Assembly: GCA_038245295.1 (NCBI GenBank)
Contig: JBBRSP010000005.1
Location: 128,001-192,000, forward strand
Direction: 5' to 3'
DNA: 64,000 nt
From: Candidatus Binatia bacterium
GTDB taxonomy: Bacteria > Desulfobacterota > Binatia > HRBIN30
A model generated the notes under the pieces. That model worked only from the letters and a program-made list of their open reading frames with translations. It did not search any database and was not told where the DNA came from. How positions within the stretch are numbered: the stretch's first letter is position 1; each line of letters starts with the position of its first letter. Shown piece by piece: positions 47,204-56,871 of this stretch. The position numbers and the translations under genes are program-made.

Positions 47204-49371
47204 GATGGCAGGAAGAAGAGCTGGCGGATTCGTCCGGCGACGGGTGCCGACATCTTCGCTTCGGCGAGGTACTCGGCCAATCCGCTGCGTACGAGGTAAC
47301 GGGGATCCGTACCATAGGCCGCTAGACGGGTGTCGATCCACGCGGCGTTGGCCGTGTCGTCGGGGTTCGACTCGAGGCGCTTCTCCAGTTCGGGCAGGAA
47401 GCGGCTGGCGAAATCGATGCGGTTGTCGAGTGAGATCAACGAGCTCAGCACCAAGGCTGGGCGCGGCAGGTGGATGTCGACAAGGGCCAGCAAGGCTTCG
47501 ACGATCGACAGAGTCACCTTCTTGGTCGACTCATCCATCGCTTGGCGAACCGCGGCGAAGCCAGGGCCGGTCCACGATGGCTCGGGTTGAAAGACCTGCT
47601 CCACATAGACCTTGATCTTCGGCTCTGTCCCGGACGGGCGAATCGAGACGACGAGATCGCGCTCGAACACCAGTCGGATGAAGTTGCGCGAGCTGCGATC
47701 GGTCTCCGAGACAATCGGGCCAAAAGTCTTCTCGTCCCAGTAGTCGGCGAGCGTCTGCAGTTTGCGTCCGCCGATCTCGCGCAACGGCTTCTTGCGCATC
47801 TCGTCCATCATGCGCTTGACGAGCTCGAGGCCGCTGATGCCCTCGGCCACGACCGAATACCCGGTGTTCGAGGCGTAGCCGTAGCGCCGATAGACGTCGT
47901 TCAGGTAAGCGCCGAGCCCGCTACCCTTGGCGCGCAGACGCGAGCACAGCTCGCCAATCAACAGAGCGCCGCCGGCAGCATCCTTGTCGCGCAGGGCAGC
48001 ACTGACGAGAACGCCGTTGCTCTCTTCGGCCGCAAGCAGGAAATCGGCGGTCGTGGCATGCACCGATCGGAAGCTGCCGTTCGCCTCGATCTCGTCGAGT
48101 ACCTGGCCGATGTATTTGAAGCCAACCAGCAGATCACCGAGCATCTGGAGACGATGCTTCTGGGCGATCTTGGTCAGCAACTCGGTGGTCACCGCCGTCT
48201 TCACCAGGAAGCCGTTCTTCGGCAAGGTGCCGTTCTCCGCCCGTGTCTCGCAAATGTAGGCGGCAAGCACCACGGCGATCTCATTGCCGGAGAACGACCT
48301 CCAGGCGCCGTCTTGCTCCGCAACCACACCGAGACGGTCAGCATCCGGATCGGTGGCCATCCCCACGTCGGCCTTGGCGGCGCGCGCCTCCTCGATCAAC
48401 AGCTCCATCGCCTCCGGCACTTCCGGATTAGGCATGCGGAATTTTACATTGGGGAAAGCACCATCCGTCGTGTTCTGGCGCTGCACGTAGCGCACGTCGA
48501 AGCCGGCCAGCGGCAACAACTCGCCGACGGTGAAGTGGCCCGTGCCATGGAGCGGCGAAAACACGATCAACGCACCGCGCGCCTTTGAATCGATCGAGCA
48601 GGCGAGGTTCTCGTCGAGATAGGCGAGGTGCAGCGCCGCGCCCCACCAGTGAATCTTGCCATCACGCACGGCTGCCTCGAAGTCGCCGGCGGGCACACTC
48701 GTCACCGCCGTCACTTCGTCAGCCAAGGCTTCGTCGTCCGGCGGAATCGGCTGGCCGCCACTCGCCATGTAGAACTTCGCACCGTTGTCGTCGGGATGAT
48801 TGTGCGAGGCAGAGATGTTCAAGCCGCCGTGCGCCTTCAGATGGCGGATAGCGAACGACAGCTCGGGCGTCGCCATGAAGAAGCCATCGTCGCCGGCGGC
48901 CGTGTAAACTTCGACGCCGTTGGCGGCGTAGATGGCCGAAGCGAGGCGTGCGAAATCGCGCGAGCTCATCCCCATCAATGGATTCGGCTTGCCCGGATCA
49001 TACAGCCCGCGCAGATCGCGGAAGACGCGCACGTCGCAAGCTACGACAACACGCAGATCTGCATTCGGGTTGCGACGGCGCAAATAGTTTACGTGTCCCT
49101 GCACCGAGCTGGCGACGGTATCCTGATTGATCCGATTGGGGCCGATGCCAACCGGTCCGCGCCGGCCGCTCGTTCCAAAGGTCATCACCCGGTAGAACGA
49201 GTCGAGGATCAGATCCCACTTGCCGCGTTCGGCGAGGCTCACCAGCTGTGGCCGGAAGCCCTGGTACTGCTCACCGTTCCACCACGTCGTCAGGTTCCGG
49301 ATCGCCGCATCGCGGTATTCCGGCTTGGCGGAAAGACTGCCCAACTGCTTCGCAATGTCACTGAGATTCAT
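47200..49371 (-). CDS. phosphoglucomutase/phosphomannomutase family protein
   Basis: FGTSGRRG, ISASHN, DPDADR, AEES and RPSGTEPKIK motifs. Confidence 0.93.
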   Translation of the reverse strand: MNLSDIAKQLGSLSAKPEYRDAAIRNLTTWWNGEQYQGFRPQLVSLAERGKWDLILDSFYRVMTFGTSGRRGPVGIGPNRINQDTVASSVQGHVNYLRRRNPNADLRVVVACDVRVFRDLRGLYDPGKPNPLMGMSSRDFARLASAIYAANGVEVYTAAGDDGFFMATPELSFAIRHLKAHGGLNISASHNHPDDNGAKFYMASGGQPIPPDDEALADEVTAVTSVPAGDFEAAVRDGKIHWWGAALHLAYLDENLACSIDSKARGALIVFSPLHGTGHFTVGELLPLAGFDVRYVQRQNTTDGAFPNVKFRMPNPEVPEAMELLIEEARAAKADVGMATDPDADRLGVVAEQDGAWRSFSGNEIAVVLAAYICETRAENGTLPKNGFLVKTAVTTELLTKIAQKHRLQMLGDLLVGFKYIGQVLDEIEANGSFRSVHATTADFLLAAEESNGVLVSAALRDKDAAGGALLIGELCSRLRAKGSGLGAYLNDVYRRYGYASNTGYSVVAEGISGLELVKRMMDEMRKKPLREIGGRKLQTLADYWDEKTFGPIVSETDRSSRNFIRLVFERDLVVSIRPSGTEPKIKVYVEQVFQPEPSWTGPGFAAVRQAMDESTKKVTLSIVEALLALVDIHLPRPALVLSSLISLDNRIDFASRFLPELEKRLESNPDDTANAAWIDTRLAAYGTDPRYLVRSGLAEYLAEAKMSAPVAGRIRQLFFLPS

Positions 49372-49406
49372 GGATCAACCCGCCTAGTGGGACGATGCGC
49401 GGCGTC

Positions 49407-51221
49407 TTAGGCCACGGTCACGGATTTGGCCAAGGAGCGCGGCTTGTCGACATTACGCTTGAGAGCCGTGGCGGTGAAGTACGCCAAGAGCTGCGAGCCG
49501 ACGAGGGGCAAGAACGGCGCCGTCAGCTCATTCGAATGAGTCAGCACCAGGCGATCATCAAAGAGTTCGCCATGCTGATCATCGAACGTGAGGCCGTAAA
49601 CGAAGCCGCCGCGTGCCTTGACTTCTTCGACGCTCGACATGGTCATCTGGTAGAGTTCGGTGTTGCTCGCCGGCGGCACCATGACGAGCGTGTACAACTT
49701 GTCGTCCACCAGCGACAGCGTCCCGTGTTTAAGGAACCCGCCCGGCATACCCTCGGCATGCACGTACGTCACTTCCTTCATCTTGAGCGCCGCCTCGAGG
49801 GCAATCGGGTAATAGATGCCACGCCCAAGGAACAACCAGTTCGTCGTGTGAGCGTGCCGATAGGCGGAGGCGCGAACGAGACCCGACTTCTCGTTGACCA
49901 GCGTCTCGATCTCTCCCGGCAAGGCAGCCAGGGCCACTTCATATTCGCTGCGTTGTTTGGGCGTGATGACCTTACGGCGCACACCAAGCTCGAGGCCGAG
50001 ACGCGTCAGCAGAATCATCTGCACCAGCGCCGCCTTGGTGCTGACGACACACACCTCGGGGCCCGAGCCCTGCAAGATCACGCGGTCGACCATACGTGCC
50101 ATGGACGAGCCGACGACATTGACGATCGCCGCGGTCTTGGCGCCGCGCTCTTTGGCGTGGCGCAGGCTGGTCAACGTGTCGTACGTCTCGCCCGACTGTG
50201 AGATCGCCAGCACAAGCGAGGTGCAATCGGTACGATCGATGTGACGGAACTCGTCGGAGCTGACGACGGAGACATCGAGATCGGCCAACTGCGCGAGGAT
50301 GTACTGACCGTACAAAGCAACGTAGTAGGTCGTACCAACGCCCAGCAGCGTCGTGCGGCGAGCCGTGCCGACGAGATCGGCCAAGCCGCCGATCTCGTCT
50401 TTGGCAATATTGAGTGCCGCGCGCACCGACAAGGGCTGCTCGTGAATCTCCTTCAGCATGTAGTGCGCGTAGCCGCCCTTTTTCGACAACTCGGGGTCCC
50501 ACGGAATCACGGTAACGGGCTTGTCGACAACTTCGCCGCTGCGCAGGTTCTTTACCGAGTAACTGTCCTTGGAGAGGATGCTGTACTCACCGTCATCAAG
50601 GATGACGGTATTCTTGGTGTAATCGATGAAAGCGTTGAAGTCGGAACCAACGTAGTTCGACTCGCTGCCGAGGCCGAGAATGAGTGGGCTCTCGTGACGG
50701 GCGCAGAAGATGTGATCCTGCTCGTGCGTCGAGATCATCGCCAGGGCGTAGCTGCCGACGAGCTTTTGCAGCGCATCGACAAAGGCGCGCTCGACGTCAC
50801 CCGATTTGGCGAAGTTGTCCTCGATCAAGTGGGCAATGACTTCGGTGTCGGTCTCGGAGTGGAAGATATGCCCGGCCTTGCGCAACTCTTCCTTCAGAGC
50901 CTTATAGTTGGCGATGATGCCGTTGTGCACGACGGCAAAGTCGCCGGTGCAGCTCTGGTGAGGATGAGCATTTTCGCGTGTCACGCGACCATGCGTCGCC
51001 CAGCGCGTGTGGGCGATGCCAACCATGCCATTCAGGTCGCGGATGCTCTCCTTGTTGTTGACCTCGTCGACCGTGCCGATGTCCTTGCGCACTTCGATAT
51101 GCGCGTTTGTGAGGAAGGCCACGCCACACGAGTCGTATCCACGATACTCGAGGTGATGGATGCCATCGAACAGGCGGTCGTCGATGCGATGAAAGCTCGC
51201 AACGCCGGCAATACCACACAT
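49407..51221 (-). CDS. glmS: glutamine-fructose-6-phosphate aminotransferase
   Basis: MCGI, EYRGYDS, HTRWATHG, SQSGET and PRSLAKSVTV motifs. Confidence 0.97.
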   Translation of the reverse strand: MCGIAGVASFHRIDDRLFDGIHHLEYRGYDSCGVAFLTNAHIEVRKDIGTVDEVNNKESIRDLNGMVGIAHTRWATHGRVTRENAHPHQSCTGDFAVVHNGIIANYKALKEELRKAGHIFHSETDTEVIAHLIEDNFAKSGDVERAFVDALQKLVGSYALAMISTHEQDHIFCARHESPLILGLGSESNYVGSDFNAFIDYTKNTVILDDGEYSILSKDSYSVKNLRSGEVVDKPVTVIPWDPELSKKGGYAHYMLKEIHEQPLSVRAALNIAKDEIGGLADLVGTARRTTLLGVGTTYYVALYGQYILAQLADLDVSVVSSDEFRHIDRTDCTSLVLAISQSGETYDTLTSLRHAKERGAKTAAIVNVVGSSMARMVDRVILQGSGPEVCVVSTKAALVQMILLTRLGLELGVRRKVITPKQRSEYEVALAALPGEIETLVNEKSGLVRASAYRHAHTTNWLFLGRGIYYPIALEAALKMKEVTYVHAEGMPGGFLKHGTLSLVDDKLYTLVMVPPASNTELYQMTMSSVEEVKARGGFVYGLTFDDQHGELFDDRLVLTHSNELTAPFLPLVGSQLLAYFTATALKRNVDKPRSLAKSVTVA

Positions 51222-51226
51222 ACCCG

Positions 51227-52435
51227 CTACCTCCCGCCGCCGATGGTCGCGTTGTGCGCGATCGTCGTTCCCGTTGCGAGCACCGTTCCGGCAGCGATCG
51301 TATTGCTGGCGCCGACCTTCACGTCGTCGCCCATGAAGGCGCCTAGTTTAGCCAGGCCGGAGTTGAAGTTCTCGCCGCGGATATCGACATGCACCGGAGA
51401 GCGGTCCATGTTTTCATTGATCGTCATCGTGCCGGAGCCAATGTCGACCGATTCGCCGATGACACTGTCACCAACGAACGACAGCCGACCAACCGTCGAG
51501 TGGCCAAAGAGGACACAGTTCTTGAGCTCGACGCCGTAGCCGATGACCGAGCGCGGCCCGAGCGCCGAGTGCGTGCGTACGAGCACATTGTTGCCGACGT
51601 AGCTGTCGCGGCCGATGTAACACGGGCCGGCGAGCACGGCGCCCGACTTGATGCGCGAGCCGCGCTCGATGCGCACCGGGCCGCTGATGGTCACGTTGTT
51701 GTCGATGACCGCATCCTTGGAAATGCGGGCCTCTTCCCAGGTATCCATCACCATCCGGTTGGCGGCGAGGATGTCCCAAGGGTACTCGACGTCGATCCAA
51801 CCCTCTTCCCAAAGCGAGGCGTGGAACGATGGCGATTCGCTGAGGCGATCGAAGAGACGCTGCATGTCGCCGCCGACTTCGTCGAGCCAGGTAAAGGCTT
51901 CGGTCGGCAGAACGAAGACGCCGGCAAGGACGTAGTTGCCCAATCCCTCTTTCGCCGGTTTCTCGACGATTTTGGTGATGCGGGTGCCTCGCATGTAGAC
52001 ATTGCCGTAGCGTCCAGTCGGCGGGCCCGGCAGGCAAACGCCGGCAATCGGCCCCTTGAACGAGTTGAACGACTGCAATGCCAGATGGAACGGGTTGCCG
52101 GACGTCAACACGTCGCCATACACCAGCGTGAAGTACTCACCGGGAATGAAGCGTTGCCGGGCGCTGAGGATGGCGTCGGCAATGCCGCGCGGGCGTTCTT
52201 GCTCGACATACGAAAGGCGCATGCCGAACTCGCTGCCGTCGCCGTAGAAGCGGCGCAGCTTTTCGCCGTTCTGGCCGAGGACAACGACGGCGTCGCTGAC
52301 ACCGACCTCGCGCAGATGAGCCAACGTGCGTTCGAGCAGCGTGCCGCCGGCGACGAGAGTCATCGCCTTCGGCCGCGTCGAAGAAAACGGCACCAGCGTT
52401 CGGCCGGCACCACCGGTAAGGATCAGCGCCTTCAT
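51227..52435 (-). CDS. archaeal-type bifunctional sugar-1-phosphate nucleotidyltransferase/acetyltransferase (GlmU-like)
   Basis: about 400 aa; N-terminal NTP transferase; WIDVEYPWDIL; hexapeptide beta-helix with LSFVGDSVIG and KLGAFMGD. Confidence 0.85.
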   Translation of the reverse strand: MKALILTGGAGRTLVPFSSTRPKAMTLVAGGTLLERTLAHLREVGVSDAVVVLGQNGEKLRRFYGDGSEFGMRLSYVEQERPRGIADAILSARQRFIPGEYFTLVYGDVLTSGNPFHLALQSFNSFKGPIAGVCLPGPPTGRYGNVYMRGTRITKIVEKPAKEGLGNYVLAGVFVLPTEAFTWLDEVGGDMQRLFDRLSESPSFHASLWEEGWIDVEYPWDILAANRMVMDTWEEARISKDAVIDNNVTISGPVRIERGSRIKSGAVLAGPCYIGRDSYVGNNVLVRTHSALGPRSVIGYGVELKNCVLFGHSTVGRLSFVGDSVIGESVDIGSGTMTINENMDRSPVHVDIRGENFNSGLAKLGAFMGDDVKVGASNTIAAGTVLATGTTIAHNATIGGGR

Positions 52436-52633
52436 GGCACGACTCCACCGCAGACGATTCGATCCATAGGCCGGGAAGAGTATGCGGCCTGAGGCCGTTC
52501 CTCAAGGGTTAGTGTGGATTCTCTGTGAGAACGGTTGGCGCCCGGTGACTGGCGTGTGCGCCGCGAGTCGAGTAGTTAGCCGTTCCAGACGTCCGCGACG
52601 CTTCCATACGAACCGCGGGTCAAGGAGGAAACC

Positions 52634-53935
52634 ATGTCAACCGAACGCACCCCTGGACTGGGAACCCTGGCTCTTCATGCCGGGCAGGAAAAGGACCCGA
52701 CGACCCACGCGCGGGCCGTACCCATCTACGCCACGACCTCCTACCTGTTCGACAACACCGAACACGCCGCCAACCTCTTCGCGTTGAAGGAGTTCGGCAA
52801 CATCTACACGCGTTTGATGAACCCGACCAACGACGTCCTCGAGAAGCGCCTGGCCGCCATCGAAGGCGGCGCCGCCGGCTTGGCGTTTGCCTCGGGCCAG
52901 GCGGCAATCACCGCCGCTCTACTGACCATCTGCCACAGTGGACAGAACTTCATTTCGGCCACCAGTCTTTACGGCGGCACGTGGACGCTGTTTACCCATA
53001 CTCTGTCGAAGCTTGGCATCGAGGTGCGTTTCTTCGATCCGCATCATCCCGAGAAGATCAGCGAGCTCGTCGATGCCAACACGCGCTGCGTCTATATGGA
53101 GAGTCTGGGAAACCCGAAAAACGACGTCCCGGATTTCCGCCGTATCAGCGACATCGCCCACAGCCATGACTTGCCGGTGTTGTGCGACAACACGGTTGTG
53201 CCGATGCTGTTGCGGCCGATCGAACACGGCGTCGACGTCGTCATCTACTCGACGACTAAGTTCATCGGCGGTCACGGCGTGCACATTGGCGGCGCCATCG
53301 TCGACAGCGGCAAGTTCCCCTGGGCCAAGACACCGGAGAAGTGGCCGGAGCTCTGCGCTCCCGACCCGTCCTACCACGGTGTCGTCTTCGAAGAGGCGCT
53401 GCGCCCCATCGGCAACATCTCCTACATCTTGCACATCCGCACGCACTGGCTGCGTGACACCGGTGCCTGCATGAGCCCGTTCGCGGCGTTTCTGTTCCTC
53501 CTTGGGATGGAAACGCTTCACCTGCGCATGGAGCGTCACTGCGCCAATGCCTTAAAGGTTGCGCAATGGCTGGAGGAACATCCGGCCGTGACCTGGGTGA
53601 ACTACCCGGGCCTGCCAAGTCATGCGGACTACGAAAGCGCCAAGCGATTGCTGCCGTCGGGCCAGGGTGCCCTGCTCGGGTTCGGCATCAAGGGCGGGCG
53701 GGACGCGGGCGTCAAGTTCATCAACAACGTCAAACTCGCCAGCCACCTCGCCAACATCGGTGACGCGAAGACCCTGGTCATCCACCCGGCATCAACGACA
53801 CACTCGCAGCTAACCGAGAAGGAGCAAAACGAGACCGGTGTCACGCCCGACTATGTGCGCGTGTCGGTCGGCATTGAGGACGTTGCGGATATCATCGCCG
53901 ACCTGGAACAGGCGCTGGCGATCTCGCAAGCGTGA
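52634..53935 (+). CDS. metY: O-acetylhomoserine sulfhydrylase
   Basis: GNIYTRLMNPT, STTKFIGGHG and ANIGDAKTLVIHPASTTH motifs. Confidence 0.95.
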   Translation: MSTERTPGLGTLALHAGQEKDPTTHARAVPIYATTSYLFDNTEHAANLFALKEFGNIYTRLMNPTNDVLEKRLAAIEGGAAGLAFASGQAAITAALLTICHSGQNFISATSLYGGTWTLFTHTLSKLGIEVRFFDPHHPEKISELVDANTRCVYMESLGNPKNDVPDFRRISDIAHSHDLPVLCDNTVVPMLLRPIEHGVDVVIYSTTKFIGGHGVHIGGAIVDSGKFPWAKTPEKWPELCAPDPSYHGVVFEEALRPIGNISYILHIRTHWLRDTGACMSPFAAFLFLLGMETLHLRMERHCANALKVAQWLEEHPAVTWVNYPGLPSHADYESAKRLLPSGQGALLGFGIKGGRDAGVKFINNVKLASHLANIGDAKTLVIHPASTTHSQLTEKEQNETGVTPDYVRVSVGIEDVADIIADLEQALAISQA

Positions 53936-53983
53936 AACAACAGCGCAGGGACGGCCTCGCCGTAAGGGCGCGGTCCGACGACC

Positions 53984-55786
53984 ATGAGCAACCCGTTTCA
54001 CAGCAGCGATAGCCTGCGCGGCAACACGGCGTTGCGTTTTGCGCAGCACCTGGACCTCGCGTCCCCGCTGGCGCTGGAGTCGGGTGGAGAGCTGCCGGCC
54101 GTCACGATTGCGTATGAGACCTACGGCACACTGAACCGAGAACGCGACAATGCCGTGCTCGTGTGCCACGCGATCAGCGGCGATTCCCATGTGGCGCGGC
54201 ATACAGCCGACGACGCTCCAGGCTGGTGGGACCTCCTGGTCGGGCCGGGAAAGTGGATCGACACCGAGCGTTACTTCGTCATCTGCCAAAACGTCCTCGG
54301 CGGCTGTCGCGGCACCAGTGGACCGAACAGCGTCGATCCGCGTAGCGGCCGCCCCTACGGCGCTGACTTTCCGGCGATCACGGTCGGCGACATGGTCGAA
54401 GTACAGCGACGCCTGATCGATCACCTGCAGATCGATACGTTGTTGGCCGTGGTCGGCGGCTCGCTCGGAGGACATCAAGCCATCACCTGGGCGATTCGCC
54501 ATCCGCACCGCCTGCGCGGCTGTGTGGCCCTGGCGAGCTCGCCGCGTTTGACCAGTCAGGCAATCGCCTTCGACGTCGTCGGACGGAATGCGATCCTGCA
54601 CGATCCGGGTTACGCGGGCGGTGAATACTACGACCAAGGTGGCCCGGCAGTCGGGCTGGCGTTGGCGCGTATGCTGGCACACATCACGTATCTGTCACGC
54701 GATGCGATGACCGAGAAGTTCGATCCCGGCCGGCTGCAACCACGAGACATCCCGACGGCGTTTGAAAAGAAGTTCTCGGTCGGCTCCTACCTGGCTTATC
54801 AGGGTCACAAATTCGTCGAGCGTTTCGACGCCAACAGTTACGTCACCCTTTCGATGGCCATGGATCTCTTCGACCTCGGCGACAGCAGCCGCGAGTGGCA
54901 AACGACACTCGCCGCGAGTCAGTGCCGTTGGTTGGTGCTCAGCTTCAGCAGTGATTGGCTGTTTCCACCCCAACAGAGCCGCGACATCGTCCACGCTCTC
55001 AACGCCGTCAACCGGCCGGTGTCGTACTGTAACGTCGACACCAAAGGAGGACATGATTCCTTCTTGCTCGAGGAGAAACTCGACGTCTATGGCGCCATGG
55101 TCGGTGCATTCCTCGACAACCTGCCGAGTAGCGCCGCGGCGGCTGTCGCCCCCCCGCCGTCTCATTGGACCGAACCAACCAGCATCTTTCACGGCGATCG
55201 CCTGGACTACAGACAGATCTTCGACCTCATTCCCGCCGGCTCCAGCGTTTTGGATCTGGGTTGTGGCAACGGGGCGCTATTGGACCGGCTGCGCCGACGC
55301 GGCCATCCGCGCCTGCTCGGCATCGAGCTCGACGAACAAGCGATTCTGAGCTGCGTGCGGCGCGGGCTCGACATTGTGCAGCTCGATCTCACGCAAGGTC
55401 TGGGGCCGTTCACCGATGGACAATTCGACGTCGTCGTCTTGTCGCAAACGTTGCAGTCGATCAGCGAGACCGAACACATCATTGACGAGATGTTGCGCGT
55501 CGGCCAACTCGCCATCGTCAGCTTCCCCAACTTCGCCTATCACAAGCTGCGCACCATGCTGTTCGAGCAGGGCCGTTCGCCAAAAGCAGGAGGCCCGTAC
55601 AAGTATGAATGGTGGAACACGCCGAATCGGCGCTTCCCGTCGATTCTCGACTTCGAAGATTTCTGCAACGCCAAGAGCGTCAACATTCACCGCCGTGTCT
55701 ATCTCGACACCGAGACCGGGGAGCTCGTCGACGGCGACCCGAACTGGAATGCCGACGTGGCCATCTTCGTCCTGAGCCGGGTTTGA
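53984..55786 (+). CDS. metX: homoserine O-acyltransferase fused to a MetW-like methyltransferase domain
   Basis: GGSLGG nucleophile elbow, RFDANSY and GHDSFL; then VLDLGCGNG, LSQTLQ, VSFPNF and WWNTPN in the same frame. Confidence 0.92.
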   Translation: MSNPFHSSDSLRGNTALRFAQHLDLASPLALESGGELPAVTIAYETYGTLNRERDNAVLVCHAISGDSHVARHTADDAPGWWDLLVGPGKWIDTERYFVICQNVLGGCRGTSGPNSVDPRSGRPYGADFPAITVGDMVEVQRRLIDHLQIDTLLAVVGGSLGGHQAITWAIRHPHRLRGCVALASSPRLTSQAIAFDVVGRNAILHDPGYAGGEYYDQGGPAVGLALARMLAHITYLSRDAMTEKFDPGRLQPRDIPTAFEKKFSVGSYLAYQGHKFVERFDANSYVTLSMAMDLFDLGDSSREWQTTLAASQCRWLVLSFSSDWLFPPQQSRDIVHALNAVNRPVSYCNVDTKGGHDSFLLEEKLDVYGAMVGAFLDNLPSSAAAAVAPPPSHWTEPTSIFHGDRLDYRQIFDLIPAGSSVLDLGCGNGALLDRLRRRGHPRLLGIELDEQAILSCVRRGLDIVQLDLTQGLGPFTDGQFDVVVLSQTLQSISETEHIIDEMLRVGQLAIVSFPNFAYHKLRTMLFEQGRSPKAGGPYKYEWWNTPNRRFPSILDFEDFCNAKSVNIHRRVYLDTETGELVDGDPNWNADVAIFVLSRV

Positions 55787-55860
55787 GCGCGTCAGCGACG
55801 AGAGCCGGCGGTTCTCGAATTGCCCCTACGAGGACCTACGAACGCGTCGGGTTGGACGAG

Positions 55861-56871
55861 TCAAGAGCGTGAGCGCAGCACGCGCGGCAGCGCCACGAGG
55901 AATAGAATCACTGTCGCCTGGATGATCGAGACAATCACAGCCGACACGCCGGCGGCGCGCTGCATCGCATTGGAGCCGGCGTCGAGCGCGCCGAAGAGAA
56001 TGGCGCTGGCGACAACACCAATGGGATTCAATCGGCCGAGCAATCCGACGGCGATTGCGGTGAAGCCCCAGCCAGGCGAGAATCGTTCGTAGAGTTTACG
56101 AGTGATCGCGCTCACCTCTATTCCCCCAGCCAGGCCGGCCAACGCCCCACTGATCAGGAATGCCAACAACAGGCGGCGCCGCACATTGATCCCGGCGAGC
56201 TTGGCCGCCTCCTGGTTCAAACCGGTGGCGCGGATCTCGTAGCCGGCGACGCTGCGATACAAGAAAATGTGCGTCGCCACGGTTCCGATCAACGCCACAA
56301 CCAAACCCAAATGAATGCGATACGGCGCCAAACGCGGCAGGAGATACTGCGGCAACAGGCTGTCGGTCTGGGGATAACGCCCGCCGGCTTCCTTGAGCGG
56401 CCCCTGCACCAGATAGCTGAGGGCAAACAGCGCCACGAAATTCAGCATGATCGTACTAATGACTTCGCTGACATCGCGCCGTAGCTTGAGCTGCGCCGCC
56501 AGCGCCGCCCAGCTAGCGCCCGCTGTTGCCGACGCAAGAAGGCCGATGGGTAAAGCAATCGCTGCCGGCAGCGAAAGCTTGCTGCCGACAACCGACATGG
56601 CCAATGCTCCCGCCAACAACTGTCCCTCGGCGCCGATGTTCCACACACCGGCTTGAAAGGCGACGGCAACCGCCAGACCGGTGAGCAACAGCGGGCACGC
56701 CTTCACGGCCACCTCGGAGAGACTATCGAGACTGCCAAACGCGCCCTCGGCGAGAGCCGTCAGAGCGACGAAAGGGTTGTGTCCGGCGAGGGCGATCACC
56801 ACGGCACTCACAAGCAGGGCACCGACCAACGCCAACACGGAGGGAAGCACGTGGTCTCTCAGGCGATTCAT
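55861..56871 (-). CDS. nucleoside/sugar (BMP-type) ABC transporter permease
   Basis: WNIGAEGQ, EVISTIMLNF and GYEIRATGLN; multiple TMs. Confidence 0.92.
   Translation of the reverse strand: MNRLRDHVLPSVLALVGALLVSAVVIALAGHNPFVALTALAEGAFGSLDSLSEVAVKACPLLLTGLAVAVAFQAGVWNIGAEGQLLAGALAMSVVGSKLSLPAAIALPIGLLASATAGASWAALAAQLKLRRDVSEVISTIMLNFVALFALSYLVQGPLKEAGGRYPQTDSLLPQYLLPRLAPYRIHLGLVVALIGTVATHIFLYRSVAGYEIRATGLNQEAAKLAGINVRRRLLLAFLISGALAGLAGGIEVSAITRKLYERFSPGWGFTAIAVGLLGRLNPIGVVASAILFGALDAGSNAMQRAAGVSAVIVSIIQATVILFLVALPRVLRSRS

Noticed and set aside
52440..52633. SAM-I or SAH riboswitch before metY
   Set aside because: Hallmark conserved segments were not found by eye.
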